In this document: positions 43,070 to 55,041 of the stretch, in pieces
Layout: each line of letters opens with the position of its first letter
Position numbering within the stretch: the stretch's first letter is position 1
Origin: Synechococcus sp.
Lineage (GTDB): Bacteria; Cyanobacteriota; Cyanobacteriia; PCC-6307; Cyanobiaceae
Assembly: GCA_047285305.1 (NCBI GenBank)
Contig: JBJBDL010000003.1
Location: forward strand, 992,001-1,056,000
Reading direction: 5' to 3'
Length of the DNA: 64,000 nt
The notes under the pieces: generated by a model
The model's input: the letters and a program-made list of their open reading frames with translations, nothing else
Told to the model about the DNA's origin: nothing
Database searches by the model: none
Made by a program: the position numbers and the translations under genes

Positions 43070-44233
43070 TTACTTACCCATTCCGAGGTGCTGGGCCTTT
43101 TGGTAGACCTTGCCTTCCGTCAGCAGGGAAGGTGCCACGACCACCTCCACCTGCTGCATCTCCTTGATGGTTTGGGCTCCCAGGGTGCCCATCGATGTCT
43201 TCAGGCATCCCAGCAGGTTGTGGGTGCCGTCGTCCAACTTGGCCGGGCCGCGCAGGATGCGTTCGATGCTGCCGGTGTTGCCCACATTGATGCGGGTGCC
43301 GCGGGGTAGCACCGGGCTTGGGGTGGCCATGCCCCAGTGGAAGCCCCGGCCGGGAGCCTCCTCAGCACGGGCGATGGGGGAGCCGATCATCACGCCGTCG
43401 GCGCCACAGGCGATGCACTTGCAGATGTCGCCGCCGGTGACGATGCCACCGTCGGCAACGATCGGAACATAGCGACCGCTTTCCCTTTCGTAGTCGGCCC
43501 GGGCGGCAGCGCAGTCGGCCACGGCGGTGGCCTGGGGAATTCCCACGCCGAGAACGCCACGGGAGGTGCAGGCGGCACCGGGGCCGATGCCCACCATCAC
43601 GCCGGCGGCGCCAGCCCGCATGAGCTGCAGGGCTACGTCGTAGGTGACGCAGTTGCCGATCACCACGGGAACGCCCATGTTGCGGCACAGGGCTTCCAGA
43701 TCCAGGGTCTCCTGGCCTTCAGGACCGGTGTGATCCGTCGAGACCACAGTGGCCTGTACGAAGAACAGATCAGCTCCGGCTTCGGCAATGGCCTTGCCGA
43801 AACGCATGGCGGCCACAGGAGTGCCGCTGACAGCGGCAATTCCGCCTTGGTCCTTGATGTCCTGGATGCGTTTACGGATCAGCGCCTCTTGTACTGGCTG
43901 GCTGTAGATCTCCTGCATCAGCGGGACGAATTCGTCCTTGCCGACGGCAGCGATGCGATCGAGCACCTGATTGGGGTCTTCGTAGCGGGTCTGAACACCC
44001 TCAAGGTTCAACACGCCGAGGGCGCCCAGTTGGGACAGGCGAACGGCCATGCCCACGTCCACCACGCCGTCCATGGCGCTGGCGATGATTGGGATCTCGC
44101 GCTCGATTCCCCCCAGAGACCAACGGGTATCGGTGACTTCGGGGTCCACCGTGCGACCCCCAGGCACCAGAGCGATTTCATCGATTCCGTAGGCCCGGCG
44201 AACGGTCTTGGAGCGTCCGAGCTGAATGTCCAC
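43070..44233 (-). CDS. guaB: IMP dehydrogenase family protein (GuaB3 type)
   Basis: IASAMD, GIGPGAACTSR, VADGG, WGMA. Confidence 0.92.
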   Translation of the reverse strand: MDIQLGRSKTVRRAYGIDEIALVPGGRTVDPEVTDTRWSLGGIEREIPIIASAMDGVVDVGMAVRLSQLGALGVLNLEGVQTRYEDPNQVLDRIAAVGKDEFVPLMQEIYSQPVQEALIRKRIQDIKDQGGIAAVSGTPVAAMRFGKAIAEAGADLFFVQATVVSTDHTGPEGQETLDLEALCRNMGVPVVIGNCVTYDVALQLMRAGAAGVMVGIGPGAACTSRGVLGVGIPQATAVADCAAARADYERESGRYVPIVADGGIVTGGDICKCIACGADGVMIGSPIARAEEAPGRGFHWGMATPSPVLPRGTRINVGNTGSIERILRGPAKLDDGTHNLLGCLKTSMGTLGAQTIKEMQQVEVVVAPSLLTEGKVYQKAQHLGMGK

Positions 44234-44282
44234 CGCGCGACTTCAATAAAGTCTGATCAAGCTACCAATCGGGATGATCGGC

Positions 44283-44885
44283 TTAGCTTGATCTGCCTGT
44301 CACGCGGGTCCAGGTGGAGCGGGCGCCCTTGATGAAGTTGTCCCGATCGCTGTTGCGGATCAGGTTTCGCAGGGCGAAGTTCACCAGCCAGATCACGCCA
44401 GCCAGCTCCAAGAGGCCTGGCACCAAAGGGATGCCGTTGATGGTGCTGAGCACACCGGAGTAAACCGTCGCCACCAGGCTGAACACGATCAGGCCGCCCA
44501 CCACCAGGAGCGGCAGCTGGGCTTTGGCCCAGAGCTCAGCCAGATCGTTCTGCTCGAGCCAGTCCTTCACCTTGCCCACCAGCAGCTCCCATTCACCGCC
44601 GTCCTCATCGGAGCTCTCCTGAGCAGGGATCGACATGGTGGAGGCAATCACCGGGTCTGGTGTTGGGGCGGGGGTCGGTGCCGGAGCCGACGCTGGAGTG
44701 GGCGCAGGCGTTGGGGCTGGAGTGGGTGCCGGAGTCGGCTCAGGTTCCGTCGTTGGTGCGGGCGTGGGCTCCGGTGTGGGCGTGGGGTCGCTGCCTGGGG
44801 TTTCGGCTTCAGGGCGCGGCTCGTCGACAGGACCCATCACGTCAGTGGAAAGCTTCGGGATTTTATCCGGACTTTTCTGCTCCAA
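44283..44885 (-). CDS. CAAD-domain (CurT/CURT1-like) membrane protein with Pro-rich N-terminus
   Basis: Two TM helices, INGIPLVPGLLELAG, R..F tail; start uncertain. Confidence 0.85.
   Translation of the reverse strand: MEQKSPDKIPKLSTDVMGPVDEPRPEAETPGSDPTPTPEPTPAPTTEPEPTPAPTPAPTPAPTPASAPAPTPAPTPDPVIASTMSIPAQESSDEDGGEWELLVGKVKDWLEQNDLAELWAKAQLPLLVVGGLIVFSLVATVYSGVLSTINGIPLVPGLLELAGVIWLVNFALRNLIRNSDRDNFIKGARSTWTRVTGRSS
44659..44790 (-). repeat. Degenerate coding tandem repeat (PT/PA/PE dipeptides)
   Basis: PTPTPEPTPAPTTEPEPTPAPTPAPTPAPTPASAPAPTPAPTP; 6/12-nt periodicity. Confidence 0.85.
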
Positions 44886-44927
44886 CCACCGTCCGAGATA
44901 GACTGATAAAGGACGTCTGATGCACGT

Positions 44928-47552
<2,625 letters not shown>

Positions 47553-47554
47553 CC

Positions 47555-48793
47555 TTGGCTGAGCCGGTTGATGTGCTGGTGCTGGGGGGCGGTCCTGCTG
47601 CCCTCTGCATTGCTTCGGAACTGAACCAACGGGGTGTTGCTGTTGCTGGCATCGCCCAGGATCCGGTCGACGATCCCTGGCCAAACACCTACGGCATCTG
47701 GGCCGATGAACTCAAAGCGGTGGGGCTTGAGCAGCTGCTGGAGCACCGCTGGAGTGACACCGTCAGTTATTTCGGTGAAGGCGGGTCAACGGCTCAGGAT
47801 CAGAGTCATGCCCACGGGATCGACTACGGCCTGTTCGATCGGGCTGCTCTACAGCGGCATTGGCTTGAGCGGGCTGAGGGCGTGGTCTGGCATCAAGCCA
47901 CCGTTCAGCGGGTGGATGTGAATGGCTCAACGACCAACGTTTGCTGCGCATCGGGAACAACGTTTCAGGCGCGCTTGGTGATTGATGCCTCCGGTTCGCG
48001 CACGCCCCACATTCGCCGGACTGATAAGTGGCCGGTGGCGGGCCAAGCGGCCTACGGCGTGGTGGGGCGTTTCTCCAAGCCTCCAATCGAGGAGGGTCGG
48101 TTTGTGTTGATGGACTACCGCTGCGATCACCTCAGCGAGGAGCAGCGCAGCGAACCGCCCACGTTTTTGTACGCGATGGATCTGGGCGATGGGGTGTTCT
48201 TCGTGGAGGAAACCTCACTCGCCTTGGCACCTGGTGTTCCCTACGACGTGCTCAAGCAACGGCTCCAGCAGCGCCTGGATCTTCGCGGCGTGGAGATCAC
48301 CGAGGTGATTCATGAGGAGTTCTGCCTCTTCCCGATGAATCTGCCGCTGCCGGATCGCAACCAGCCGGTGCTCGCCTTCGGGGGTGCGGCGAGCATGGTG
48401 CATCCGGCCTCGGGCTACATGGTGGGTTCGCTACTGCGGCGGGGGCCTGATCTGGCCCAGGCTTTAGCCGAAGCCCTTGCCAATTCAAGTCTTGGCTCAG
48501 CAGCCTTGGCGCAGCGGGGCTGGCAAGCGCTTTGGCCGATCGAGTTGGTGCTGCGTCATCAGCTCTATCAATTCGGCTTGGGGCGGTTGATGGGCTTTAA
48601 CGAAGCGTTGTTGCGCACCCACTTCGCCACTTTCTTTTCGCTGCCGCGGGAGGAGTGGTTTGGCTTCCTCACCAACACACTGCTGCTGCCTCGGCTGATG
48701 GGCGTGATGCTGCGCTTGTTTGCCTTATCCCCTTGGGAATTGCGGCGGGGATTGGTGCTGGGGGTAGCTCAGGATCAAGCTCCGCGGTTTTGA
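47555..48793 (+). CDS. crtL: Lycopene cyclase, CrtL type
   Basis: GGGPAA, WPNTYGIW, LMDYR, FLYAM, EETSL, MVHPASGY. Confidence 0.92.
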   Translation: MAEPVDVLVLGGGPAALCIASELNQRGVAVAGIAQDPVDDPWPNTYGIWADELKAVGLEQLLEHRWSDTVSYFGEGGSTAQDQSHAHGIDYGLFDRAALQRHWLERAEGVVWHQATVQRVDVNGSTTNVCCASGTTFQARLVIDASGSRTPHIRRTDKWPVAGQAAYGVVGRFSKPPIEEGRFVLMDYRCDHLSEEQRSEPPTFLYAMDLGDGVFFVEETSLALAPGVPYDVLKQRLQQRLDLRGVEITEVIHEEFCLFPMNLPLPDRNQPVLAFGGAASMVHPASGYMVGSLLRRGPDLAQALAEALANSSLGSAALAQRGWQALWPIELVLRHQLYQFGLGRLMGFNEALLRTHFATFFSLPREEWFGFLTNTLLLPRLMGVMLRLFALSPWELRRGLVLGVAQDQAPRF

Positions 48794-48815
48794 GATCGTT
48801 TCAGCCGAGTTCAGA

Positions 48816-48831
48816 TCCCTCAGTTGAGGGA
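48816..48831. terminator. Small hairpin between convergent crtL and GH57 genes
   Basis: TCCCTC-AGTT-GAGGGA; no U tract. Confidence 0.25.
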
Positions 48832-48873
48832 GTGCTGAGCATCCACGACTCCCCCATTTGGGTAGACGTTTGT

Positions 48874-50469
48874 TTAGGTGCTGGGTTTAGAGGGATTCAC
48901 TGAAGCCCAGTCCAACGGCTGAATCAGCGGGAACAGGCGGTCGTCCGTCTGCACCTCTTCGAGCCAGCCCTCCGGCAATTCGATGCTGCCGTCGATGGCC
49001 TGCATCAGCTGCCAGAAGCGGCCCAGGTGGCGTTGCACCCGTTCTTTGGCCAGTTCAGTGGTGGTTCCGGCCCGCAGGATGAAGCTCCAATCCGACGACT
49101 GCGCTAGCAACAGTTCCCGCGCCGCCTGCTGCAGCCACTGCATCGCCTGCTCGCTACCCACGCCGCGGCTGCAGCGCTGCACCATCGCGGCGCTGGCCTT
49201 TTCCCATTCGGGGATGATCCAGGCGTTGCTGTCGTTCAGCCAGTAGTCGTGATAACCCCCTTGCCCCCAGCTGGAGGGGCAGGGATCGCAGAGCTGTAGC
49301 TGGCCAACGTTGTTCAGCACATCGCGCAGCCGGGTAAAGCTGACCCGCTCCTGGGGTGCTTGCTGGAACAGCTGGCTGAGAAACGCTGGTCCTTCAAACC
49401 ACCAGTGGCCAAACAGTTCGGCATCGAAGGGGGCCACCAACAGGGGGGAAACGTCCATGGCACTGCCGAGCTGATCCAACTGCCGCCGGCGGCCCTGCAG
49501 GTAATCGGCGGCATGTTCTTTCACCCGTTCAGCCGCCACCCCCGGTTCGTAGGGACGTTTGAGGTCCAATGGAGCGCTGTGGTCGGTGACGCGATGCAGC
49601 TTCAGGCCGAGTGGGCGCGGCTGGTCGAGCCCCAGGGGCTTGAGCTCTTCGATCGGCAGGTCCCAGCCCAGATCCCGGTGGAACTCCCGGTAGTGGGGAT
49701 CGCCGGGGTAGCCGTCCTTGGCCGACCACACCGGCAGTGTGGCGTCACTGTCGCGCCCGAAGAAGGCAACCCCGTTGCGGCTGCAGATCGGTGCGTACAC
49801 CCCATAGCGGGGCCTGGGCCGGCCGTGCAGCAACCCATGGCCGTCCAGCACGGCGTAGCGCAGCCCGGCATCGCGCATCCAGCGATCCAGGCCCTCGTAA
49901 TAGGCGCATTCCGGCAACCAGATCCCCAAGGGGCGTTCGCCCACCAGGCGTTGGTGTTCCCGCACCGCAGTGCGCAGTTGCCCGCGCACTGCTTCCGGGT
50001 GATGGCGCAGCAGGGGCAGGTAGCCGTGGGTGGCGCCGCAGGTGAGCAGGTCCACTACCCCTTCACGCTGCAAAGCCGTAAAGCGCTGGATCAGATCGCC
50101 GTCGCGGCTCTGCCAGGTCTGCTGATGCCGCTCGATCGTGGCCGCCAGGTGCTCGGCGCCTGCGCGTAGGGATGGGTCGGCCTTCGGCAAGAGATCCAGC
50201 CGTTCGTTCAGCCACTGGGGAAAGCGCTGTTTGAGGTCTTGATCGCTCAGCAGCGACAGCAGCGTCGGCGACAAGCCGATGGTGAGCTTGGGCTGCTGGT
50301 GGGGGTCGGCGCTTGCCAGCTCCAGCGTTTCCAACAGCGGCAGATAACACTCGATCAGGGCCTGGAAGAACCAGTCCTCCTCAAGGGAGCCAGGTTTCGC
50401 CGACCGCACGTAAGGCAGATGGGCATGCAACACCAGGGCGACAGCGCCTTTGGTCACGAACAAGCCCAA
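48874..50469 (-). CDS. Glycoside hydrolase family 57 protein (branching-enzyme type)
   Basis: HAHLPYV, ATHGYLP, WLPECAY, FDAELFGHWWFEG, AQSSDW. Confidence 0.93.
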   Translation of the reverse strand: MGLFVTKGAVALVLHAHLPYVRSAKPGSLEEDWFFQALIECYLPLLETLELASADPHQQPKLTIGLSPTLLSLLSDQDLKQRFPQWLNERLDLLPKADPSLRAGAEHLAATIERHQQTWQSRDGDLIQRFTALQREGVVDLLTCGATHGYLPLLRHHPEAVRGQLRTAVREHQRLVGERPLGIWLPECAYYEGLDRWMRDAGLRYAVLDGHGLLHGRPRPRYGVYAPICSRNGVAFFGRDSDATLPVWSAKDGYPGDPHYREFHRDLGWDLPIEELKPLGLDQPRPLGLKLHRVTDHSAPLDLKRPYEPGVAAERVKEHAADYLQGRRRQLDQLGSAMDVSPLLVAPFDAELFGHWWFEGPAFLSQLFQQAPQERVSFTRLRDVLNNVGQLQLCDPCPSSWGQGGYHDYWLNDSNAWIIPEWEKASAAMVQRCSRGVGSEQAMQWLQQAARELLLAQSSDWSFILRAGTTTELAKERVQRHLGRFWQLMQAIDGSIELPEGWLEEVQTDDRLFPLIQPLDWASVNPSKPST

Positions 50470-50566
50470 ACGGTGGCTGAATTTAATCCGATTCCCCCTC
50501 GGGGGCTGAACTAAGATGGATTAACTCGTAGTCATTCCGACTAAGACCTCCGTTGGAGCCCCTTCC

Positions 50567-52189
50567 ATGGCCAAGGACCCCGGTCGCGTCCTGATTTTTG
50601 ACACCACCCTGCGGGATGGTGAGCAGTCGCCCGGGGCGAGCCTCAACCTGGAGGAAAAGCTGGCCATTGCCCAGCAGCTGGCGCGGCTCGGTGTGGATGT
50701 GATCGAGGCGGGGTTCCCCTTCGCCAGCCCCGGTGATTTCGCTGCCGTGCAGCGGATCGCCCAGCAGGTGGGCGGCGATAACGGACCGATCATCTGTGGC
50801 CTGGCCCGTGCCTCGCGGGCCGACATCAAGGCCTGTGCCGATGCCGTGGCGCCAGCACCCCGCCGCCGCATTCACACCTTTATCGCCACCAGCGACATTC
50901 ACCTCGAGCACAAGTTGCGCAAGAGCCGTGCCGATGTGCTCGGCATTGTTCCCGAGATGGTGAGCTACGCCCGCTCTCTTGTTGAAGACGTTGAGTTCTC
51001 CTGTGAAGACGCCGGCCGCAGCGATCCTGAGTTCCTTTACGAGGTGATTAAGGCGGCCATTGCCGCTGGCGCCACCACGATCAACATTCCCGACACCGTC
51101 GGTTACACCACCCCGTCGGAGTTCGGTGCGCTAATTGCGGGCATCAATAAGCATGTTCCCAACATCGGTGATGCCGTGATCTCGGTGCACGGCCACAACG
51201 ATCTCGGCCTGGCCGTGGCCAATTTCCTCGAGGCGGTCAAGAACGGCGCCCGCCAGCTCGAATGCACGATCAATGGCATCGGCGAACGGGCTGGCAATGC
51301 CTCCCTCGAGGAGTTGGTGATGGCGTTGCATGTGCGGCGTCGTTACTACAACCCCTTCTTTGGCCGTAAGGAAGACAGCCCCACGCCGCTCACGGCCGTG
51401 CGCACCGAAGAGATCACCAAGACTTCGCGGCTGGTCTCCAATCTCACTGGCATGGTGGTGCAGCCCAACAAGGCCATCGTTGGCGCCAATGCCTTCGCCC
51501 ATGAATCCGGCATCCACCAGGACGGCGTCCTCAAGAACCGGCTCACCTACGAAATCATCGACGCCCAGACGGTGGGCCTGGCAGACAACCGCATTTCTCT
51601 CGGCAAGCTGAGCGGCCGCAGTGCCGTTCGCGCCCGCCTGGAGGAATTGGGCTACGACCTCACCCGTGAGGATCTCGATGAGGCCTTTGCCCGCTTCAAG
51701 GAACTCGCCGATCGCAAGCGCGAGATCACCGACCGTGATCTCGAGGCGATCGTCAGCGAACAGGTGCAGCAGCCGGAAGCTCGCTTCCAGCTCAAGCTGG
51801 TGCAGGTCAGCTGCGGCAGCAGCCTGCGCCCCACCGCCACCGTCACCCTTTCGGATGAAGAGGGCAGTGAAACCACAGGTTCGGCAGTGGGCACCGGTCC
51901 GGTGGATGCCGTCTGCCGTGCCTTGAATGATCTGGCGGGTGTGCCCAATCAGTTGATCGAGTTTTCGGTGAAGTCGGTCACCGAGGGCATCGACGCAATG
52001 GGCGATGTGACCATCCGCCTGCGCCGCAACGGTGCGCTTTATTCCGGTCACGCTGCCGACACTGATGTGGTGGTGGCGGCGGCGATGGCCTTCGTGAATG
52101 CTCTCAATCGCCTGGTTGCCGGAGAGGAGCGCCAGTCATTGCATCCGCAGAAGGATCCTGTTGTTCTGGAGAGCCGACCGACGCTCTAG
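50567..52189 (+). CDS. leuA: 2-isopropylmalate synthase
   Basis: [41 protein letters not shown]. Confidence 0.97.
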   Translation: MAKDPGRVLIFDTTLRDGEQSPGASLNLEEKLAIAQQLARLGVDVIEAGFPFASPGDFAAVQRIAQQVGGDNGPIICGLARASRADIKACADAVAPAPRRRIHTFIATSDIHLEHKLRKSRADVLGIVPEMVSYARSLVEDVEFSCEDAGRSDPEFLYEVIKAAIAAGATTINIPDTVGYTTPSEFGALIAGINKHVPNIGDAVISVHGHNDLGLAVANFLEAVKNGARQLECTINGIGERAGNASLEELVMALHVRRRYYNPFFGRKEDSPTPLTAVRTEEITKTSRLVSNLTGMVVQPNKAIVGANAFAHESGIHQDGVLKNRLTYEIIDAQTVGLADNRISLGKLSGRSAVRARLEELGYDLTREDLDEAFARFKELADRKREITDRDLEAIVSEQVQQPEARFQLKLVQVSCGSSLRPTATVTLSDEEGSETTGSAVGTGPVDAVCRALNDLAGVPNQLIEFSVKSVTEGIDAMGDVTIRLRRNGALYSGHAADTDVVVAAAMAFVNALNRLVAGEERQSLHPQKDPVVLESRPTL

Positions 52190-52196
52190 AGCCGAC

Positions 52197-53045
52197 GCCA
52201 TGCGCACCTCCACCGCCAGGGCCGTTCAGCTGGTGCTGCTGATTCTTCTGGCGCTGCTGGTGCTCACACCGTTGCTCTGGTTGGTGAGCACCTCGCTCAA
52301 GGGCCCGGCGGAAGACATCTTCAGCAGTCCGCCGGCGTTGCTGCCCGCCCAGCCGAGCGTCGATGCCTATGTGCGGCTGTTTCAGGACAATCCCCTCACC
52401 ACTTATCTGTTCAACAGCACCGTGGTGAGCGGCCTGGCGGTGCTGACCAACTTGCTGTTCTGCTCCCTGGCCGCCTACCCCCTGGCCCGGCTGCGCTTCG
52501 CTGGCCAGGGCTTGGTGCAGGGCCTGGTGGTGGCCACGATCCTGATTCCCTTTCAGGTGGTGATGATTCCGCTGTACTTGCTGATGGTGCAGCTGGGGCT
52601 GCGCAACACTCTGCTGGCTCTGGTGATCCCGCAGGCGGCCACCGCCTTTGGGCTTTATCTGCTGCGCCAGAGATTCCTGGGTGTACCCAAGGAGCTGGAG
52701 GAGGCGGCTCGTATCGATGGCTGCACCCGACTGGGGGAATGGTGGAACGTGATGATCCCTGCCGCCAAAGCCGATCTCATCACCCTGGCGATGTTCGTGT
52801 TCATCGGCACCTGGAGTGATTTCCTCTGGCCGCTGGTGATCCTCGACGACCCGTCGCTTTACACCTTGCCTCTGGGGCTGCAGCAGCTCTCCAGCAGCTT
52901 TTCGCTGGATTGGCGGATCATTGCCGCCGGTTCGGTGGTCTCAATCCTGCCGGTGTTGGTCTTGTTCGTGTTTTTGCAGCGATTCATCCTGCCCAATGCC
53001 AGCGGGGATGCGGTGAAGGGATGAAGCGGCCGAGGTGCGCATGGC
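52197..53045. repeat. 14-bp perfect inverted repeat pair bracketing the permease CDS
   Basis: GCCATGCGCACCTC at 52197-52210 and GAGGTGCGCATGGC at 53032-53045. Confidence 0.8.
52200..53024 (+). CDS. Carbohydrate ABC transporter permease
   Basis: AAYPLAR, IPFQV, ELEEAARIDG, WSDFLWP; start ATG 52200. Confidence 0.92.
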   Translation: MRTSTARAVQLVLLILLALLVLTPLLWLVSTSLKGPAEDIFSSPPALLPAQPSVDAYVRLFQDNPLTTYLFNSTVVSGLAVLTNLLFCSLAAYPLARLRFAGQGLVQGLVVATILIPFQVVMIPLYLLMVQLGLRNTLLALVIPQAATAFGLYLLRQRFLGVPKELEEAARIDGCTRLGEWWNVMIPAAKADLITLAMFVFIGTWSDFLWPLVILDDPSLYTLPLGLQQLSSSFSLDWRIIAAGSVVSILPVLVLFVFLQRFILPNASGDAVKG

Positions 53046-53254
53046 CGCGAAGGCATCCATGCGTTCCTGCATCACACCCATCTGTTGGCTGAATAAGTCG
53101 CTGTGGGCGCTGTTGGGTGTGCGCTCTTCCAGCTGAACGATCCGCTCCTGCAGCGCATGGATGCGTTGGTTGCGCTGCCGCAATCCCTGCAGCAGGGTCA
53201 CCACCAGAATTCCCCCAGCGTCAGGCTGCCGCAGCTGATCAGTTTCAACAGCAT
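52941..53254 (-). pseudogene. Frameshifted TM plus coiled-coil hypothetical gene
   Basis: GAGGAGGT then ATG 53254 reads MLLKLISCGSLTLGEFWW*; one extra G in the G5 run (53212-53216) joins it to GILVVTLLQGLRQRNQRIHALQERIVQLEE. Confidence 0.6.
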
Positions 53255-53315
53255 GCAACCTCCTCACTTGGGCCGATCCTGACTTGAATGGGAGCACGCA
53301 AGATGTGGTGCAGGG

Positions 53316-53561
53316 ATGTTTCTGGAGGATCTGGATCGGTTTCTCACGCTTCGCGAGAGCGACCCTGATCTGGCCAAGGCCCTCGCGCAGCCCATGGATC
53401 TCGAGCGGTTTCTCAGACTCGCTGCCGAGCACTGTTTTGCCTTGAGCGAAGCGGATGTCTTCGCTGCACGGCAGCGCGAGCACTACGCGCGAACCGCAGC
53501 TGAGCTGCAGCAGGATCAAGCCGCCGAATCACGCCGCCAGCGCAATTTCATCCACGGCTGA
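53316..53561 (+). CDS. Nif11-like domain protein
   Basis: LEDLDRFL...DPDLAKAL...FLRLAAEHCFALSEAD pattern resembles the Nif11 leader domain. Confidence 0.7.
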   Translation: MFLEDLDRFLTLRESDPDLAKALAQPMDLERFLRLAAEHCFALSEADVFAARQREHYARTAAELQQDQAAESRRQRNFIHG

Positions 53562-53591
53562 TCACCAGCGCCGTTCAGTTCATAGATCCAG

Positions 53592-53801
53592 TCACTGATC
53601 CAGCTTCACCACTTCCGGTGTTTCCCCGAGCACCTCGCCGATCCGGCGGGCGTGGTCCACGGCACCGTCATGGCTGTGAAAGATCCAGGCTTTGTCGAGG
53701 GAGGGTTGGCTCTCGATGAGTTGGTTCACCGCATTTATGCTGAGATAGCCGCCTTCCGAGCAGGACCGCAGCACATAGTGTTAGGCGTGTTTGGTGAGCA
53801 T
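53592..53801 (-). pseudogene. Hypothetical gene with an in-frame stop at codon 7 (or short gene from GTG 53774)
   Basis: ATG CTC ACC AAA CAC GCC TAA CAC TAT GTG CTG CGG... continues in frame for about 60 codons. Confidence 0.5.
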
Positions 53802-53871
53802 CGGCTACAAAGGCTATCTCTTCTCGCTAGCGATGCCGTTGCGCGGCTGACATCGTTCTGCGGAATTGCTT

Positions 53872-54318
53872 TTACTTGTCTTCCTTGAGGGTTAAGAGGG
53901 TTTGTTGTTGCCAGCCCAACCCTTTGGGTGCGGCAAAGCGGCTTTGATGCCCGCCCTCGCGGAACCAGGGAATGCTGATGGCCTCGATCTCCAGTTCGTC
54001 CGGGTTGAGCGACCAGGTGTCCTGCAGGTAGCGGCGCAGCTTCTCCGGCTCGGGAGGATGGGGCTGCTGCCAATGCACCACGGCCAACTGCCCCGGCCGT
54101 GAGCGGAGAATCGCCAGGCGGTGATTCGGATCGCCGTCGTTGGCGGGCTGAATCGATTCCTCCAGCTGCTCATCGCAGACGTAAAGCCGCAGCGGAGCGC
54201 TGCCATCGGCCTGGGGAAGTGGATATTTGTTGAGATACAGGCACCTTGCTTTTTGAAACGCTGCCCCCGGAGCCTTCACCATTAAGGCGTTGTAGGCCTG
54301 CTGCAGCTGTTCACTCAT
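53872..54318 (-). CDS. Hypothetical protein (148 aa)
   Basis: MSEQLQQAYNALMVKAPGAAFQKAR.LYLNKYPL...; start ATG 54318. Confidence 0.75.
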   Translation of the reverse strand: MSEQLQQAYNALMVKAPGAAFQKARCLYLNKYPLPQADGSAPLRLYVCDEQLEESIQPANDGDPNHRLAILRSRPGQLAVVHWQQPHPPEPEKLRRYLQDTWSLNPDELEIEAISIPWFREGGHQSRFAAPKGLGWQQQTLLTLKEDK

Positions 54319-54408
54319 GCCCGTTCCGCCACGTTGCTGGCTCCAGTGTGGGAACGCCGTCGTGCCAGGGCCATGGGAAGATGGTGACACTTCCGGGATT
54401 GGACTGCG

Positions 54409-54657
54409 ATGGCCAAGCATCGCTCCCGCTACCGGTTGGTTGGCCTCGACGGTCAGCCCCATCCGGTGCTCGACGCTCCTTACGACACGTTGGAACTGGC
54501 CCTCGCTGATGCCAGCGATTGGTGCACTGGACAAGGATCCCGCTGTTCCATGGGTCAGCAGGGCATTGCGGTTGAAGTGCGAACAGACAGCGGCAGTTGG
54601 CGCACCATCGATTACCCCGTCAGTTGCTTGAGCCGACCAAGTGCGATGGCGGGCTGA
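54409..54657 (+). CDS. Hypothetical protein (82 aa)
   Basis: YRLVGLDGQPHPVLDAPY...GSWRTI; TGATG coupling to the next gene. Confidence 0.72.
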   Translation: MAKHRSRYRLVGLDGQPHPVLDAPYDTLELALADASDWCTGQGSRCSMGQQGIAVEVRTDSGSWRTIDYPVSCLSRPSAMAG

Positions 54658-54959
54658 TGTGGGTCAGTGTTGACCTCTGTGTGGTGCCGATCGGTGTGGG
54701 TGTCAGCCTTTCGCCCTACATCGCCGCTTGTGAGCGGGTGATCGCTGCCACTGGGCTGTCCCATCAGCTGGGTCCCAATGGCACAGCGATAGAAGGCCCG
54801 TGGGACGAGGTCATGGACTGTGTGCGCGCGTGTCATGCCGAGTTGCATGGCATGGGCACTCCGCGTGTCTATACAACCCTCAAGCTCAACACACGCACCG
54901 ATCGGCAGCAGTCGTTCGCTGAGAAGGTCACTTCCGTGGAACAGCTGCTTGACGACTGA
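54657..54959 (+). CDS. MTH1187/YkoF family thiamine-binding protein
   Basis: DLCVVPIG, SLSPYI, GTAIEG.WDEV, RTDR, KV.SV. Confidence 0.88.
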   Translation: MWVSVDLCVVPIGVGVSLSPYIAACERVIAATGLSHQLGPNGTAIEGPWDEVMDCVRACHAELHGMGTPRVYTTLKLNTRTDRQQSFAEKVTSVEQLLDD

Positions 54960-55041
54960 AAATCTGTAGAACTTCGGTGGGTTTCGAGCCAGCTTGAGCC
55001 GATCTTGAGACTAATGAGATTGTTTTGTGGTCCCTGGCTTG

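Noticed and set aside
53316..53561. Nif11 protein as a prochlorosin-type lanthipeptide precursor
   Set aside because: No Gly-Gly/Gly-Ala leader end, no Cys/Ser/Thr-rich core, and no LanM or C39 transporter in the window
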